A stretch of 64,000 nucleotides of DNA from Okamejei kenojei (GCA_035221665.1 CM069154.1:20522001-20586000), one strand, 5' to 3'. Positions 1 to 12,850 are shown, numbered from the stretch's first letter. Program-made: numbers and translations. The notes: a model not told the origin generated them from the sequence alone.

Positions 1-520
1 CCTGTGTTTTCAATAGTGTGTGTATCCTTGGATGTTTAGCTCCCAGCTCTGACCCTCTATCAATCACATCTCTGTGATGCCCACAATGTCATAACTACCA
101 ATTTCTAATTACGCTACCTACTCATCGATATACTGCGTGCATTCAAATTTAAGACCTTTAGTTCTGTGGTCACCCCTATTCTCACATTGCTCCCCATTTT
201 GCCTGAACTTAGACTCTTATCCCTTTTTAAACTTTCTATCCTGTTACTTCTTCTGGACTTCTTCTGAGTAGCCTCTCTTGGGCACTCCTGGGCAACTTCA
301 TTTATACATTTCAAATTTGTTGAGCCCACTCCCTCACGGTTTAGTTTAAAGCCCTATCTACAGCCCTGTTTATACAGTTCCACATGATCCTGGTCCCATC
401 ATGGTTCACGTGGATTCCGTTTCATGGGAACAGCTCCCTCCTTCCTCTATACCGATGCCAGTGTCTCACAAAGTGAAACCTAATTCTCCCACACCAATCT
501 TTCCCACCACGTACCATACC
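1..520 (-). mobile_element. Degraded CR1/HER1-type LINE fragment (ORF1 esterase C-terminus and ORF2 endonuclease N-terminus)
   Basis: Minus strand reads ...GIHVNHDGTRI...NRAVDRALN* then VLNLNARSI...YDIVGITE...WELNIQGY, with stops and frameshifts. Confidence 0.75.
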
Positions 521-607
521 TGCCCGTACTTATCACAATAAACCTGGCTTGACTTGTCGAGAAGTTTTGAGTTTCCAGTCTGCAAAAGCAAAGCAGTCCT
601 CAGAGGG

Positions 608-617
608 GGAAGTGAAA
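608..617 (+). promoter_or_regulatory. ETS-IRF composite element (EICE) GGAAGTGAAA in intron 1 of gene C
   Basis: Matches GGAANNGAAA; positionally conserved at 17224-17233 and 34926-34935. Confidence 0.5.
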
Positions 618-645
618 CACAAAAACAAATTCAGAATAAACTCAT

Positions 646-700
646 GGATTGAGATGGAGAGAGACAGCCAGAAGCAGCTGAGCAGGCACCTGATATCCAT
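646..700 (-). pseudogene. Leader (signal peptide) exon of a third CD2/SLAM-like paralogue (gene C), splice donor mutated; rest of gene would lie left of the window
   Basis: 55 nt, MDIRCLLSCFWLSLSISI + 1 nt, homologous to the gene A leader (17263-17317). Followed by ATGAGT rather than GTGAGT. Flank ~600-1110 aligns with ~17215-17735. Confidence 0.75.
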
Positions 701-1091
701 CAGTATCCAGGAACCAATGTGAGGGCACACCTGACCTGTCACGACAGGCACAACGAGGAAGGGTTGGGGTTCAGTCGAGCATTGGGAGAGAGGACAGAGG
801 GAGACTTCCCTCAGTCAACGCCCTTCCTACTCTGCTTGTTCCGTTCAAGTGAGTAGACAAACGGGAGATGGACTGTGAGAGGAGGTAGATTGATATGTGA
901 AGCCACAAAGAAAAGCAGAGTGCTGTAGAAAAGCTGGAGGAAGGACAGGCAGCAAGAGCACAGTCCTGAGGCTCCCACTTCAGGGGCACCAATGAGCTTA
1001 TCCTTGGTCTAGTTGCTCTCATCTTCTCTCTTCCCACATCTAACACAGCCCAATTGCTGCTCATTATCACAACCACCTTAAAAGGATTAAG

Positions 1092-1232
1092 ACTGGTGTC
1101 TCTCAGTCCCTCTCTTTGGATGATATTTGTGCACACTGGTATCTCTTAGTCCCTTTCACTCAGGGGGAATATCTGTACACTGACTGGTGTGTCTCAGTCC
1201 CTCTCACGCAAGGTGATATCTGTACACTGATG
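1092..1232. repeat. Imperfect tandem repeat, ~45-bp unit, about 3 copies
   Basis: Recurring ctggtgt..ctcagtccctctc...gatat.tgtacactg; related pieces near 1525 and 2930-3000. Confidence 0.55.
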
Positions 1233-1599
1233 GGCATCTACACGAGTCCCCAGGTTACCACTGATTCCGTTCCTCAGAACTCTGTAGGTTGGAAATGATC
1301 ATCAATGGTGTGTGGGAGAGAATCAAAGAAACAGCTGTGACTGAAGAACTAGAAGGCAAGGGATATGATGGCCACTATTTGCCTTCAGAGGGAATGTGGG
1401 GATGTCCTGTGCCCACCTGACAGAAGATGCCTGCAGTAGCCGACAAATCCATCCTCATCCACCCTGGCGGTCTCACTAATGGGCTGTCCATGTCGGGCAT
1501 TTGAAACGCGAGGAGGGCTAGCATCTGTATCTATACACTGACTCATGTCTATCTCTGTAGCCATAGGAGATGAGAAAGATCCTCCATGAATATTTCTCC

Positions 1600-2900
1600 T
1601 ATTTTTTTACAAGACATAAAGACTAGGTTACTTGTAATGGTTAATGGAGATGTCTTGGGAATAGTCTGCTTACAGTAGAGGAGGTGCTGAACATGCTAAA
1701 TCATCTGATGGTAGATAAAGTTTCATGGCCTGATCAGGTTTACCCAAGAACACTACTGGAAATGAGAAAATAATTTATGGGATCCCTGCCTGAGATATGG
1801 AAGATTGGACACTGGTTGATGTTGTGCCTTTCTTTAAGAAAATGCTGGGACATATAGTAAGCCTTACATCTAGTTACTGGGAAGTTACTGGAGGGGATTC
1901 AGAGGGATAAGACATATTTGTTTGGAAAAATGGGTTGATTAGTGATTGTTAGCATGTCTATTTGCATGGGAGATAGTGTCTCGTGAATTTAATTGTGTTT
2001 TTAGAGAACATAACGATAAATGAGGGCAGGATGGTAGATGTGGACTTTATGGATTTCAGCAAGGCTTTGATCAGGTTCCACATCTCAGGAAGGTTAAATC
2101 GCATGGAATCCAGGGAGCTATTTGGACACCTAATTGGCTTTACGGTAGGAAACAGTGATGGTGGAAGTTTGTTTTCAGACTGGAGGCCCAGGACTGGTGT
2201 GCCTTAAGGGTCGATGCTGGGTCCATTGCTGTTTATCATCTATATCAATGATTTGGATGAGAATGGTCAAGGCACAGTTAAGGCCCTATCCCACTTTCCC
2301 GAGTTACTCACAAACTCTCCCGCGTTTTCCCCTTGATTCGAACTCGAAGAATTATGGTAATAGCCGTTTGTAGGTACTCGGGGCTATTTTTTTCACTCGT
2401 GGACATTTTTCAACATGTTGAAAAAAAACGTCCCAACTTACCTGCTGCCCCGAGTTCCTACAGCTGGCATTACAAGCCGCTACGAAACATCTACGGACTC
2501 CTACGTGCTCGCTACCAACATTACCCGACATTCCCCGAGTTCGAATCAAGGGGAAAACTCGGGAGAGTTCGTGAGTAACTCGGGAAAGTGGGACAGGATC
2601 TTTAGTAAGTGTACAGGTGATGCTAAAATAGTGGCATCTTGGACATTGAAGAAATTATCAACAACATTTGATCCTATCCTGGGTAGGTGGGCTGAAAATG
2701 GCAAATGGAATTTAATTCAGGTAAGTGCAAGGTTTTGCATTTGTAACATCAAGCACTGTAGGACATTCACAGTATAAAGGAGGGCCCTTGGAGTCACTGT
2801 AGAATGAGCAACTGATGGGTACAAAGTAGCACCACAGTTTGCGGGGTGGTGAGAGGGTTTTTGGCACGCGAGTCTTTATCATTCTGAGGCATGTCAGCAT
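1600..2900 (+). mobile_element. Degraded CR1 LINE RT region, interrupted by a MITE
   Basis: NLIVFLENIT...VDVDFMDFSKA, GVP.G..LGPLLFIIYINDLD and a SKxxDxxKI remnant. Confidence 0.75.
2281..2601. mobile_element. Palindromic MITE, PIF/Harbinger-like
   Basis: ~65-bp terminal inverted repeats (ccct(a/g)tcccactttcccgagttactcac...ttgattcgaactcg), central palindrome, TTA duplication at 2278-2280 and 2602-2604. Confidence 0.8.
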
Positions 2901-3834
2901 TAAGAAAGCCTGTTTCTCTGCTATGATACATCTTAGTCCCTCTCTCTCAGGGGAGATAACTGTAGTGACTGGAGTATTGCAGTCCCTCTCGCTCCGAGGG
3001 ATAACTAGAGTATCACTCCCAGGAATGGCCTGGGAGTGGGTGCAGTGGGAGGAGCGACTGGAGTGGGAACACAGGCCGCAGTGACATCAGCAGCCCAGCC
3101 TGGTATTGGTCTACAGGTCAGAAAGCTATAACTGAAATCTGTTATAAACAGGTCTGTAAAAGCGAGTATTTATTATTATCTGGGATACATTCAGTTAAAA
3201 ATGTATCGATGCGAAACAATTCTGAAAGAAAAATCAGGAAATCTTTTCTCGCCAGAATGTCGGAAGTCCAACAGGAGCAGGTGCAATGTTAAATTTGGTT
3301 TTAGAAACTGAAGTTGGGAGGTGCAAAGAAAATTTGTTGGTGGGGTGGAAGTGGAGGGGGGGGGGGGGGGTTGTAAAAGTGATCACAATTCAATTTGATT
3401 TTGTGACAGGAAAGAACAAAACTAAAATTAAAGGTTCTAAAATGGAGTCAGGACAATTTTACTAAACCAAAATAATTCAGCAAAAATGAACCAAAAAACG
3501 TGGAGTAAATCACTCTTGGGGCAAAGAAAATACTCAAGGTGATGCAGTATCAACATCTTCACTCAGAGAGCAGGGGTGGGGATCTGGCAAGTCTAGGTCA
3601 GGTCAATAGGGGATTAAATAGGCAGAAGGGATATTCCTTATCAGATGAGGAAAATAATATAAAAACAAGGGGATTATGCTCTTGCTGTCAATATCAGGAA
3701 CAGCATATAACCTCACAGCAGACTGGAATGAACTTCCTGAATACACCCCTGATCTGTGAGCTGATTAAATCTCTGTGGGGGAGAGGTTGTAATGGACCTG
3801 GATCTGCACGATGCCCGGATTCACTCTGGAACAC

Positions 3835-4386
3835 CATACCGCATTTGGAGTATTGTGAGCAGTATTGGGCCCCAAATCTGAGGAAGTATGTGCTAGCATT
3901 GGAGAGGGTCCAGAGGAGGTTTATGAGAATGATTCCAGGAACGATTGGTTTAGCATATGATGAGCGTATGACGGAACTGGACCAGTACTTGCTGGAATTT
4001 AGCACAGTAAGGGGGACCTCATTGAAACTGATAGGCCTGGATAGAGAAGATGTGGAGAGATGATGTATCCACTCATGGATGAATCTAGGACCAGAGACCA
4101 TTGCCTCAGAATAGAAGGACGTACCTTTAGGAAGGAGATGATGATGAATTTCTTCAGTCAGAGGGTGATGGATCTGTGGAATTCATTGCCCAGAAGGCTG
4201 AGGCTGTCAATTGAGATATTTAAGGCACAGATTGATAGATTCTCAATTAGTACGGGTGTCATGGGGTTATGGGGAGAAAGCAGGACAATGGGTTTGAGAG
4301 GGAAAGATAGATCAGCCATGATTGAATGGTGGAGTAGACGATGGGCCTAATTGCCTAGTTTTGCTCCTATCACTTATGAACTATGA
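3835..4386 (+). mobile_element. CR1 LINE 3' fragment inserted into the inverted SLAM intron copy
   Basis: PHLEYCEQYWAP...LERVQRRF...NFFSQRV..LWNSLP and CR1 3' UTR; its flanks join to match gene B intron 2 (~55960-55990, reverse complement). Confidence 0.85.
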
Positions 4387-4800
4387 ACACTATCCCAGTC
4401 TGGGTCTGTGCCCATCACAGTCCCAGGGCTGCTGCTATTGGCAGGTTCAGGGCCGTTCTGAGCTGGGTCACGCTCAGGTGTATAAGGGACACGGGGGCCA
4501 ATGACAGGATGATAAAAGACATGGAACTGGAGAGAATTCCCAGGGTACAGGTCCACAAGCAGGACATGGTGGAGAGTTTGTGGATGAGTGCGGGCAGTGG
4601 TCGGGAAGGGGGCGCAGCACACATGTGGACTTCTTTCAACTGGCTGAACTGAAGGTGGATGGATGAGTTAAACTGGTGGGTGGAAATGAGCTGGGATCAG
4701 CCGAACATTCACTCGTCGCTGTTGGAGACGGGTTGTTGGGTATCAAGAGGTCCACAAGGATCTCCTTTACTCATCTTTCTTCTCTCTACACCAACCTCAG

Positions 4801-5035
4801 AGCCCGTGGCAGAAACACAGACCAGGCCTCAGAACATCGCCAAGGTTTGCAACTTCACCCTGACCTGCTCCATGACCTAAACCAACCCCACCAGCTTCAG
4901 TTGGTGGAGGAGAGGAGAAGCTTTGGGAACCAACAGCACCCATCACCACCGGGGACATGGAGTGACAGCAGAGGTTCATCACCCAGCAGAGATCAGGGAC
5001 ATTGCGTACAGGTGTGAGGCCAGGAATCCCGGTCA
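4801..5035 (+). pseudogene. Inverted, truncated IgC2 pseudo-exon of the CD2/SLAM cluster
   Basis: Acceptor ccaacctcag|ag; reads EPVAETQTRPQNIAKVCNFTLTCSMT*TNPTSFSWWRRGEALGTNSTHHHRGHGVTAEVHHPAEIRDIAYRCEARNPG; in-frame TAA at 4878-4880; homology lost after NPG. Confidence 0.9.
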
Positions 5036-6129
5036 CTCGGCCGATGCTGGTAATTTCCACCTCCAGCTCCAGCCAGTTTGTGAGAGTGTGGCTCAGGTTG
5101 ATTCCCAGATGGATGAAAAAAAAACCAGAAAATGCTACTCAGCAGATAGGGCAGCGTCTGTGTAGAAATAGTTTTATGTGTGACCTTTCATCAGGCATTG
5201 CATCTCCAGGTGTCCTGAAACCCCTGAGGAACTATCATCAGCCTGTCCATTGGGGGGGGGGGGGGGGGCAAGCAGCTTGAGACCATCCAATTGTTCTGGG
5301 CGGCGCTTTGCACGTACTCCCAGATAAATTTGTGCACGTCCTCACTAGACAAATATGGAGATAACAGCTTATGATGGGAGTTATCGAGTTCCCAGCTTCC
5401 TCCAGATGAGGGCCAGAGGAGCCATCGCCACCAGCAGCTCAGCAAACTGCTTAGAGGAGCCTCTTCTGTTTTACAGTGAGCAGAAGGGGGTTGAAGTGCA
5501 ATCCAAATTATGCAGGATCACATGTGTGTCTTGGGACACTTCATGCTGAAGGTCTTTCAGCGTACTCTGCTTCTCTTTGTATGTCTGCTTCAGGGCAGGT
5601 ACCAGATAGTTAAATACACATCGGACCTCAGTTGAGCATATCCATTTTGAGGCATTCGATTTTGGATTTCTGCCTCTTGCTCGACCCTTCATTTACTCCC
5701 GACCAAAGAGACGGATGCAAGTCTCGCCCATGTCCCACCACAGCCTTCTTCCTGCTACCTTCCCCCATCAGCCCTGAACCGAAGGAACAAATCCTGGAAT
5801 CACTCATCTGGTTATTAAAGTTCTAGTACACAGAATCGTTCTACTTAGCGGAATGAGTCCTACCTGCACCAGGTAACGGCCTGAACACACACCAGCTTCA
5901 TGGCGACACCAAGTATCAGGAGATTCACGAGTGCAGCACATTCTGATGGTCGGTCTGAGAGCCTGCTCCGACAGATCTTCAGCTGTAGGTGAGGGTCCTG
6001 GAGTCAAGGTGGAGTGTTCACCAGATATCCACCAAGTTAAATGAACTAAGAAATGTCCTTGATTTATCCACCAACACTGGTCTGAGTTCAGGATGAATTG
6101 ATTCCCATTCTTTCAAGAAAACAAATGCT

Positions 6130-6660
6130 TGCCCACCACAACTGGAATTATGGGGAAATTATAGTAGCAAACAAAAAAAATGAGAGAACAACAAAGCGCA
6201 TTCTTGAATTCTATCTTCACTGAAGTAACCAAGTGGCGAATGAGAACTGAGTGAAATCAGAATGAGTAAAGAAATAATGCTGGGAAGTTATTACGGGATT
6301 GCAGACCAGTGAGACTTACAACAATAGTGGGGCAAATGCTAAAGTCAATGATAAAAGGTGTAATGACTGGACACTTGGAAATCATCAATGGGGTTGGACA
6401 ACTCATCACATGTTTAAGCAAAGGAAATAATTTGATAGACATCTACTGGAGTTTTGCGGGTCAAATAGGTAAGCGAGAACCATTGAATGTGGTGTGTTTA
6501 GACCTTGAGACCCATAAAAATGTTAGTGTGTAAAATTCAAATCCATGGATTAGGTAATATACTGGCATAGGTTGAAAACTGCACAATAGGCAGAAAACAG
6601 TTGGAATGAATAGTCTTTGACCAGGAGACAGGCGCTGACTAGTGGGTTATAGCACCTATA
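6130..6660 (+). mobile_element. Highly degraded CR1 RT fragment
   Basis: RPVRLTTIVGQMLKSMIKGVMTGHLE...VVCLDL remnant. Confidence 0.6.
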
Positions 6661-6964
6661 GTGGGATCAAAGTTATAGCATTCATCCAAGATGCCCAATC
6701 TAAACCAGTCCCATTTGGCCGATATCCCTCTAAACTGTTCCTATCCATGCACCTGTTCCAATGTCTTTTAAATGTTAGTAGCCATTAGCTTAGTTTAGTT
6801 TATTATTCTCATGTGTGCTGAGGTACAGTGAAAAGCTTTTTGTTGCGTGTTGTCCAGTCCCAGCCACCCATATACCAGGGACAATTTACAGTGACAAACT
6901 AATCTAGCAACCTGCACATCTTTGAGATGCAAGGATAAACCAGAGCCACGAGAGGAAATCCATA

Positions 6965-7695
6965 TCAGAAGCAGAATCAGATTTTATTTGCCAAGTATGT
7001 TTTGCAACATACGAGGATTTCACTGGCCAGGTCAGTCATACAATTAAAAGCAACAGACTCAAGAACACATTTTAACATGAACATCCACCACAGTGACTCC
7101 TACAGATTCCTCACTGTGATGGAAGGCGAAATAAAGTTCAAGTCCTTCCCTTTTGTTCTTCCTCGGTCATGGGCCTCGAGCCCTCCATTGACGGGATGAT
7201 CTTGACTCCCGTAGCCGGTGGCGGTCGGGCCCTCCGTATCGAGGCATTCTGCTCCCGCATCGGGGGGTTATCAGCTCCCCGCGCTGGGCGATCAAACCTC
7301 GCGTTGGGGCTGGTCGAACCTTCTGTGGCGAGTTCCCGACTTGCCTCTCCCGAGACAGCGATCCCTTGATGGTAAGTCCGCAGGCCGCGGTGGGAGCGAT
7401 CCCAGGCAAGGGATCCATTCCGATGTTAAATCCGAGCCCCGCAGTGGAGCTCATGACAGTCCGAAGCGGCTTCCAACTCCATCGATGGAAGGCCGCTGAG
7501 CCCGGAGAATGTGATCCGAAAAATGATCACATCTCTGGGAAGATAAGAACCCGAAAAAAAGTTTCCCCCGCCCTCCACCCACATAAATCAAACCTAAGTA
7601 CATTAAATCAAACTTTTAACAAACACTAAAAATAACAAAAAGATGAAAAACGAACAGACTACTGGCAGGGCTGCCATCTCCCCTGCGCCCCTGGT
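6965..7695 (-). mobile_element. ~730-bp non-autonomous interspersed repeat (copy 1); inverted copy at 36549-37278
   Basis: High similarity to the reverse complement of 36549-37278; CpG-rich body, AATAAA and (tctga)-type tail. Confidence 0.8.
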
Positions 7696-8099
7696 GGACA
7701 TAACATGGTCACAGGGAGAAAAAGTAAACTCCATGCTGACAGTACCAGAGGTGAGGATCAAACCAAGGGCAACTGGAGCTGCGGCAGCAACCTTACAAAA
7801 CACTGTCAGCAGAAGGCATGGGTTTAAGGGCATGAATTTGAGATTTAGAAGTAATTGGAAGAGGATATTTCACCCGAAGGCAATAGAAATCTGCAATGCG
7901 CTGCCTAAGGGGGTGTTAGAGGCAGAGACTTTCACAACAATTATTTACATGAACACTCGAATCACCAAGTATGGAAGGCAAAGAGTGAACTGCTGGAAAT
8001 TAAGTCATAGTCAGGTTCTTGATGACAGGTTCCGACATGATGATCCGTAGAGCCCGTTTCTGAGTCAAATTACTCTTTGACCCTTTCAAACATCTCTCT

Positions 8100-8960
8100 T
8101 CATTCTGCCTCTCATTAAGGATCTCTAATTGCCTTATTACATTTCTTTAAGAATACATTCTTGTATATTTCACATTGATGATGAAAGGTTAACTGTAGCT
8201 CTTTAAATAACAAGGACCCATTTGCTACCTTCCAATCGGTGGTAATCATTCTGGATTCTACAGAAGTTTGGAAGGTAAAACCCACTATTTCCACGCCCAC
8301 CTTCAGCAAACATTTGAGATGCAGGTCGTCGGGTCCTGGAATTTTATATTTTTTCGGTCCTATGAGATTCTCCGATAACAAGTTTCTATTCACATTCATT
8401 TCTTTCAGCTCCTCGTACACCCCGGGCCTGCGATTCTGCACCATTTCTGGAGGCTTTTCTGTGGCTAAAGGCATCACAAAATATTTATTTTCTTTCCCTG
8501 CTATTTACTTATTCCCAGGCATAGTTTCTCCTGTCTCAGTCTGTGAGGGTCCTACATCAACAGTAGCCAATCATTTCCTCCTTGTATATCTATAGGACTT
8601 CTCGTAACCAATCTGAAGAAGGGTCTCAATCCAAAATGTCATCCATTCCTTCTCTCCAGAGACGCTGCCTGTCCCGCTGAGTTACTCCAGCTATTTATGT
8701 CTATCTATAGGACTTCTCTCAGTTTGTTATTTCTTGCTCAATACTCTTTTATGCTATTACCCCTTTCTTCATCAATGACATAATCCTTTGCTGAATTCTG
8801 AAATGTTCCCAAACTTCCTCATATTTTGGCCTTTCATTTGATCTGAAATGTATAACTGCCTGAAGCACTTCTGTTTTGTTTATGTTCTGGGATGCGTATC
8901 ATTATAACCACCTGCTAAGTCTATAAAAGTGAGTCATTACTGACTTCAGCCATTCATCTT
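8100..8960 (-). mobile_element. Degraded CR1 ORF2 fragment containing a short Penelope/SINE tail
   Basis: KIPGPDDLH.KCL..V..EI...DWKVAN...LFK. Confidence 0.6.
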
Positions 8961-9014
8961 AGTAATATTCCCAGTCTACCAGTGTAACTCACAGTGTGTG
9001 CTTTCATGGTTTGT

Positions 9015-9020
9015 TTTATT
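9015..9020 (-). terminator. Candidate polyadenylation signal of gene A
   Basis: AATAAA on the minus strand ~400 nt downstream of the gene A stop. Confidence 0.45.
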
Positions 9021-9421
9021 CACATGTATTCAAAGTTACAGAGGGCTGAGGCCGGTCTGACAGAGAAACTGGGAAGCCCATCACAGCTCAATCAGCACTA
9101 CGTTTCACCTGCTGGGATCTTGCTGTGTACCATCCTCTACGAAATGTTCACAACTGCCTTTCAGTCCAGGAATGGTCCCTTTGATTTTCAGGAGCATTGG
9201 TTAGGTAAAGGATCTTTCCAGGTCCTAATCCCCTATCAGCTTCTCCCTCCCTATCTTCCACCCTTTTTGACATTCCTGTTCACTTTCCCCCCCATGTTGC
9301 GTGATGGGGAAAGGCAAGGTGGGAGCAAGGAGAGGTGGATGGGAAGGAAGATGGACGTTGGAGAGGAAGAGAGGGAGAGTGGGAGGCAGGATGGGGAGAA
9401 GAAAAGACAAAATAAGGCAAG

Positions 9422-9471
9422 TCATTCGGCTTTGTGAAGTCTGCCTCCAGTTCCGGTGACAGGGTGGGAGC
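9422..9471 (-). CDS. Gene A exon 5: short cytoplasmic tail
   Basis: Strong acceptor CCTTTCTCCTCTCTGTTTCCCCACAG; phase 1 gives (S)SHPVTGTGGRLHKAE*; no tyrosine. Confidence 0.65.
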
Positions 9472-10024
9472 CTGTGGGGAAACAGAGAGGAGAAAGGTCA
9501 GTGCACCCTGCGAGGTATCCAAAGCATAAATTCATCAGTCACTGTGGTCAAGACCCACTCACTGCTGATGGCAACTCAGTGCTGTCACTCGGCTTATCTG
9601 GAAGAAATCGCTGTCACTCCTCCTCTCATCAAATCTTGATAATGTCCAACGGACTTTAGATTCACCTCTCCTGGGTTCTAGAACCTCATCTCCTGTGTCC
9701 TCCACTTTTCTACAGTCCCAGTCACTGCATCCCTCTCTCCCCTTGGTCACCTTGTCCCTCACTCCCCGCAGTTGCTATATCCTGTCAACATTCCATTATC
9801 CCAGTCCCTACCCCTCTATCAGTTTATTACCCAGTCCGTTGCTGGTCTTTATAGATTCTTGACACTGTAGACTCCTGATAGTGTGAGATAAGAAGCGAGG
9901 GAATGCAGAGTACAGAGACTCGGGACAGGGTTACAAAATACCACTTACACCAATCTCCCCCTCACTATTAACGATACCCCAGAAAAGCAAACTTTCACTG
10001 GAAACACGTAAAACCAGGACTCAC

Positions 10025-10123
10025 TGATGATGTGGACAGCAGCCATGACTGAGAGGAGACATAGGAGCAGGACGGCAGCAATTATGGCCCTCGGCCGACA
10101 TCCACAGAGACCGCTTCTCTCCC
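10025..10123 (-). CDS. Gene A exon 4: stalk plus hydrophobic (TM/GPI-signal-like) segment
   Basis: Acceptor TCTCTCTCTTTCAATAG, donor GTGAGT, 99 nt, phase 1-1; GERSGLCGCRPRAIIAAVLLLCLLSVMAAVHII. Confidence 0.8.
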
Positions 10124-10355
10124 CTATTGAAAGAGAGAGAATGACTTGTTGTAAAAATGGACCTGGGGATTGTCCAACAAACTCAGTGACAACTCGGGCT
10201 CCTCACTCCATGACAGACTGACATCAAATACCTGTGACAACACTGTCTGAGCACACAATCCAAGGGCATGGGTTAGACATAGCGTGAACCCCAACTGCAC
10301 TGTCCCATTAAATATTCCCTGTCCTCTCCTAACCCAATTTCACATTGACACTCAC

Positions 10356-10637
10356 CAGACATTGTCTGTTTACAGACGTCCTTCAGCCGAATCTCTGCCG
10401 TGCCTTCACTGCCCGGGTTCGTGGCCTCACACTTGTACACAACGTCTCCGACCTCTGCTGTGTGATGAACCTCCACTGCCTCTCCATGTCCCCTGAGGTG
10501 ATGGGTGCTGTCGTTTCCCAGAGCTTCTCCTCCCCTCCACCACCTGAAGCTGGTGGGGTCACCGGAGATCACAGTGCAGGTCAGGGTGCAGATCCCGGTG
10601 ATGTTCTGAAGCACGATGTGCGTTCCTGACACGGGCT
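10356..10637 (-). CDS. Gene A exon 3: IgC2 domain, CD2/SLAM type
   Basis: 282 nt, phase 1-1, AG/GTGAG boundaries; EPVSGTHIVLQNITGICTLTC...FRWWR...YKCEATNPGS...DVC (four Cys, CxLxC and YxCxxxNP motifs). Confidence 0.92.
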
Positions 10638-11249
10638 CTGAGGTTGGAACGGAGAGATGAAAGATGAGTAAAGGAGATCTTGTGGACCCAAGGGTCCCTA
10701 ATTCCCATCACCAACAGCCTTGGGTGAACATCTTGGGAATTCTCCCCATTTTCAGGTTTTCCTTTCACTTCCGTGAGTGGTCTCAGTGTCCTTTATTCAC
10801 CTGAGTGTGCTGCAGCTTGGACCTTCCTTGGTTCTGGCCCAAAGACAACAGCCCTGGGACTGTGATCAGCACTAACCAAGACAGGGATTGTGTGCAGTGT
10901 CCCCGAGAGAATCTGGCTCAATGCAGATCCTGGGTCACACCCAGCTCTCCCCATGGAGACATTAATTATCTCACAGAATGGATGTGCAATCAGGAAATTA
11001 ATTCAGGGAGAAAGAGCTACAAATGCACTTTCACTGAAAGACATAGATGAACAACGTAGCTGACAGCAAACAAATCACGAGGATCCGGAGATAACAAACT
11101 GAGGAACTTAACTTCTCACCAAAATTGGCTCAGACCTTGATGAGACAACCCTTTTCTTTTTCCTTTTCAAAGTGTGTGAATATTTCATGATTCCACGAGT
11201 AAATTATTACATTTACCACAATTCAGAAGATTTTTAATTAACACACTTC

Positions 11250-12850
11250 AAATGATAATACGATCATAATTATCTTGGAAGTACTTGAGCCCCTATGGCA
11301 CACTTCATTCTCAGAAGGTTTTCCAAGTGTGCTCTGATAAAGGTGATCCTTCTCCGAGGGCATATGGGCACGGATAAAACCCAGTAGAGGGGTGACCAGT
11401 CGCTTGGACAGTGCTCTCAACTCCACACCACCTGGATCCGTGAATTGCCACTTTGGCCAGGTCAGAAATGGATTACCTGACTAATCCACCTCCCTCCACA
11501 CTGTGTACCCAGAGAATGGTGCTGAAGTGCAACCAAAACTTGAGGAGCAGCTCCTTCAAATATTTTATCAGGGTCTGCAACCTCTCACACTCCATAAACA
11601 TGTAGAACACCATCTTCTCCACACTTTGAAAGTGGGGGAGGCGGGTGAATCCATGAACTGGCTTAAAAGTCTGTTACACGACAAAGCTCTGTGTAATTCT
11701 CCAGCCCAGGTCGCCACTCCTCCACTTGGGACCCCATTCTCTCTATTGGATGGCAGAACAGACCATCATAGCATATCCAAATGGCAGGTGAGGGCAAGGA
11801 AATAGAGCATGCACGAGCAACCTGTACAGGGAACAGTATTTCTGAGAAACATTTCATATTGTGTGGGTCTGACTCCTGAGAAAGGATCCAGGAGTTGGAT
11901 ACAATGTGCTAATAGACATTAAACAATAGACAATCGGTGGAGGAGTAGGCCATTCGGCCCTTCGAACCAGCACCGCCATGCAATGTGATCATGGCTGATC
12001 ATCCCCAATCAATACCCCGTTCCTGCCTTCTCCCCATATCCCCTGACTCCGTTATTTTTAAGAGCCTTATCTCGCTCTCTCTTGAAAGCATCCGGAGAAC
12101 CTGCCTCCACCGCCCTCTGAGGCAGCGAATTCCACAGACTAATCTGGCCAAGCAGGGATCAGCGCAGTCAGCATTGCTCCACTCCTGTTAGGTCCCTGGA
12201 TGTTCTTTGTGACAGAATGTTTAGAAACTAGCTACGAGTTCCAAGTGCTTACTGTGTCACTGGCCTGACTGTCTCTTCCTCTGGCCACTCTCACAGTTGA
12301 AGTGCCTTCTCTTGCTGGTGCAAAAATGCTCTGGCTGAAGGCAACCATTTTCCAAACTCTTACTAAGTTAGAAGAACCAAGCAAGTCCCACAGAGTGACT
12401 TGGCTGCTATAGTTCTCCTGAAGACAGTGTTCTTGGCCGAACATATATGTTACCAGCACCCACCATCTGGAAGGATGCTCAATGTGAAGGTACTTCTGCA
12501 AGTGCAAAGGCCTAGAGTCACCACGTGGGTACAGTCACACACCATTGAATGACCGAACTTCTCAAGAGGAGACTCAGAGCCGCAGCAGAGAAACAGTCTT
12601 TCCTGTTGCCCCAGAAGAAATCCACCAACTTCCTCTGGTTCTTGGCAGCAAAGGTGAAAGAAAGGGCTAAAATGGCCAATCGGTACCACAACATGAAGGT
12701 AACCAAATGGTGCATGTCTTGGTAGGTAAACAATTAGAGTAGCCTGGATCTGCACCCTAGCCAGGCAAAGAACTTTCATCTCCAAGCCCGGCTAGTTCAC
12801 TGGCCAGATTTTTTCATTGGGGCTCAGATAGATTAGGGAAAAGGGGTGCA
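11250..12850 (-). mobile_element. Degraded L1-clade (Tx1-like) LINE fragment with a nested CR1 tail (~11915-12140)
   Basis: LWYRLAIL...QRKLVDFFWGNRK...SAAALSL and a C-terminal GFIRAH remnant. Confidence 0.55.
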
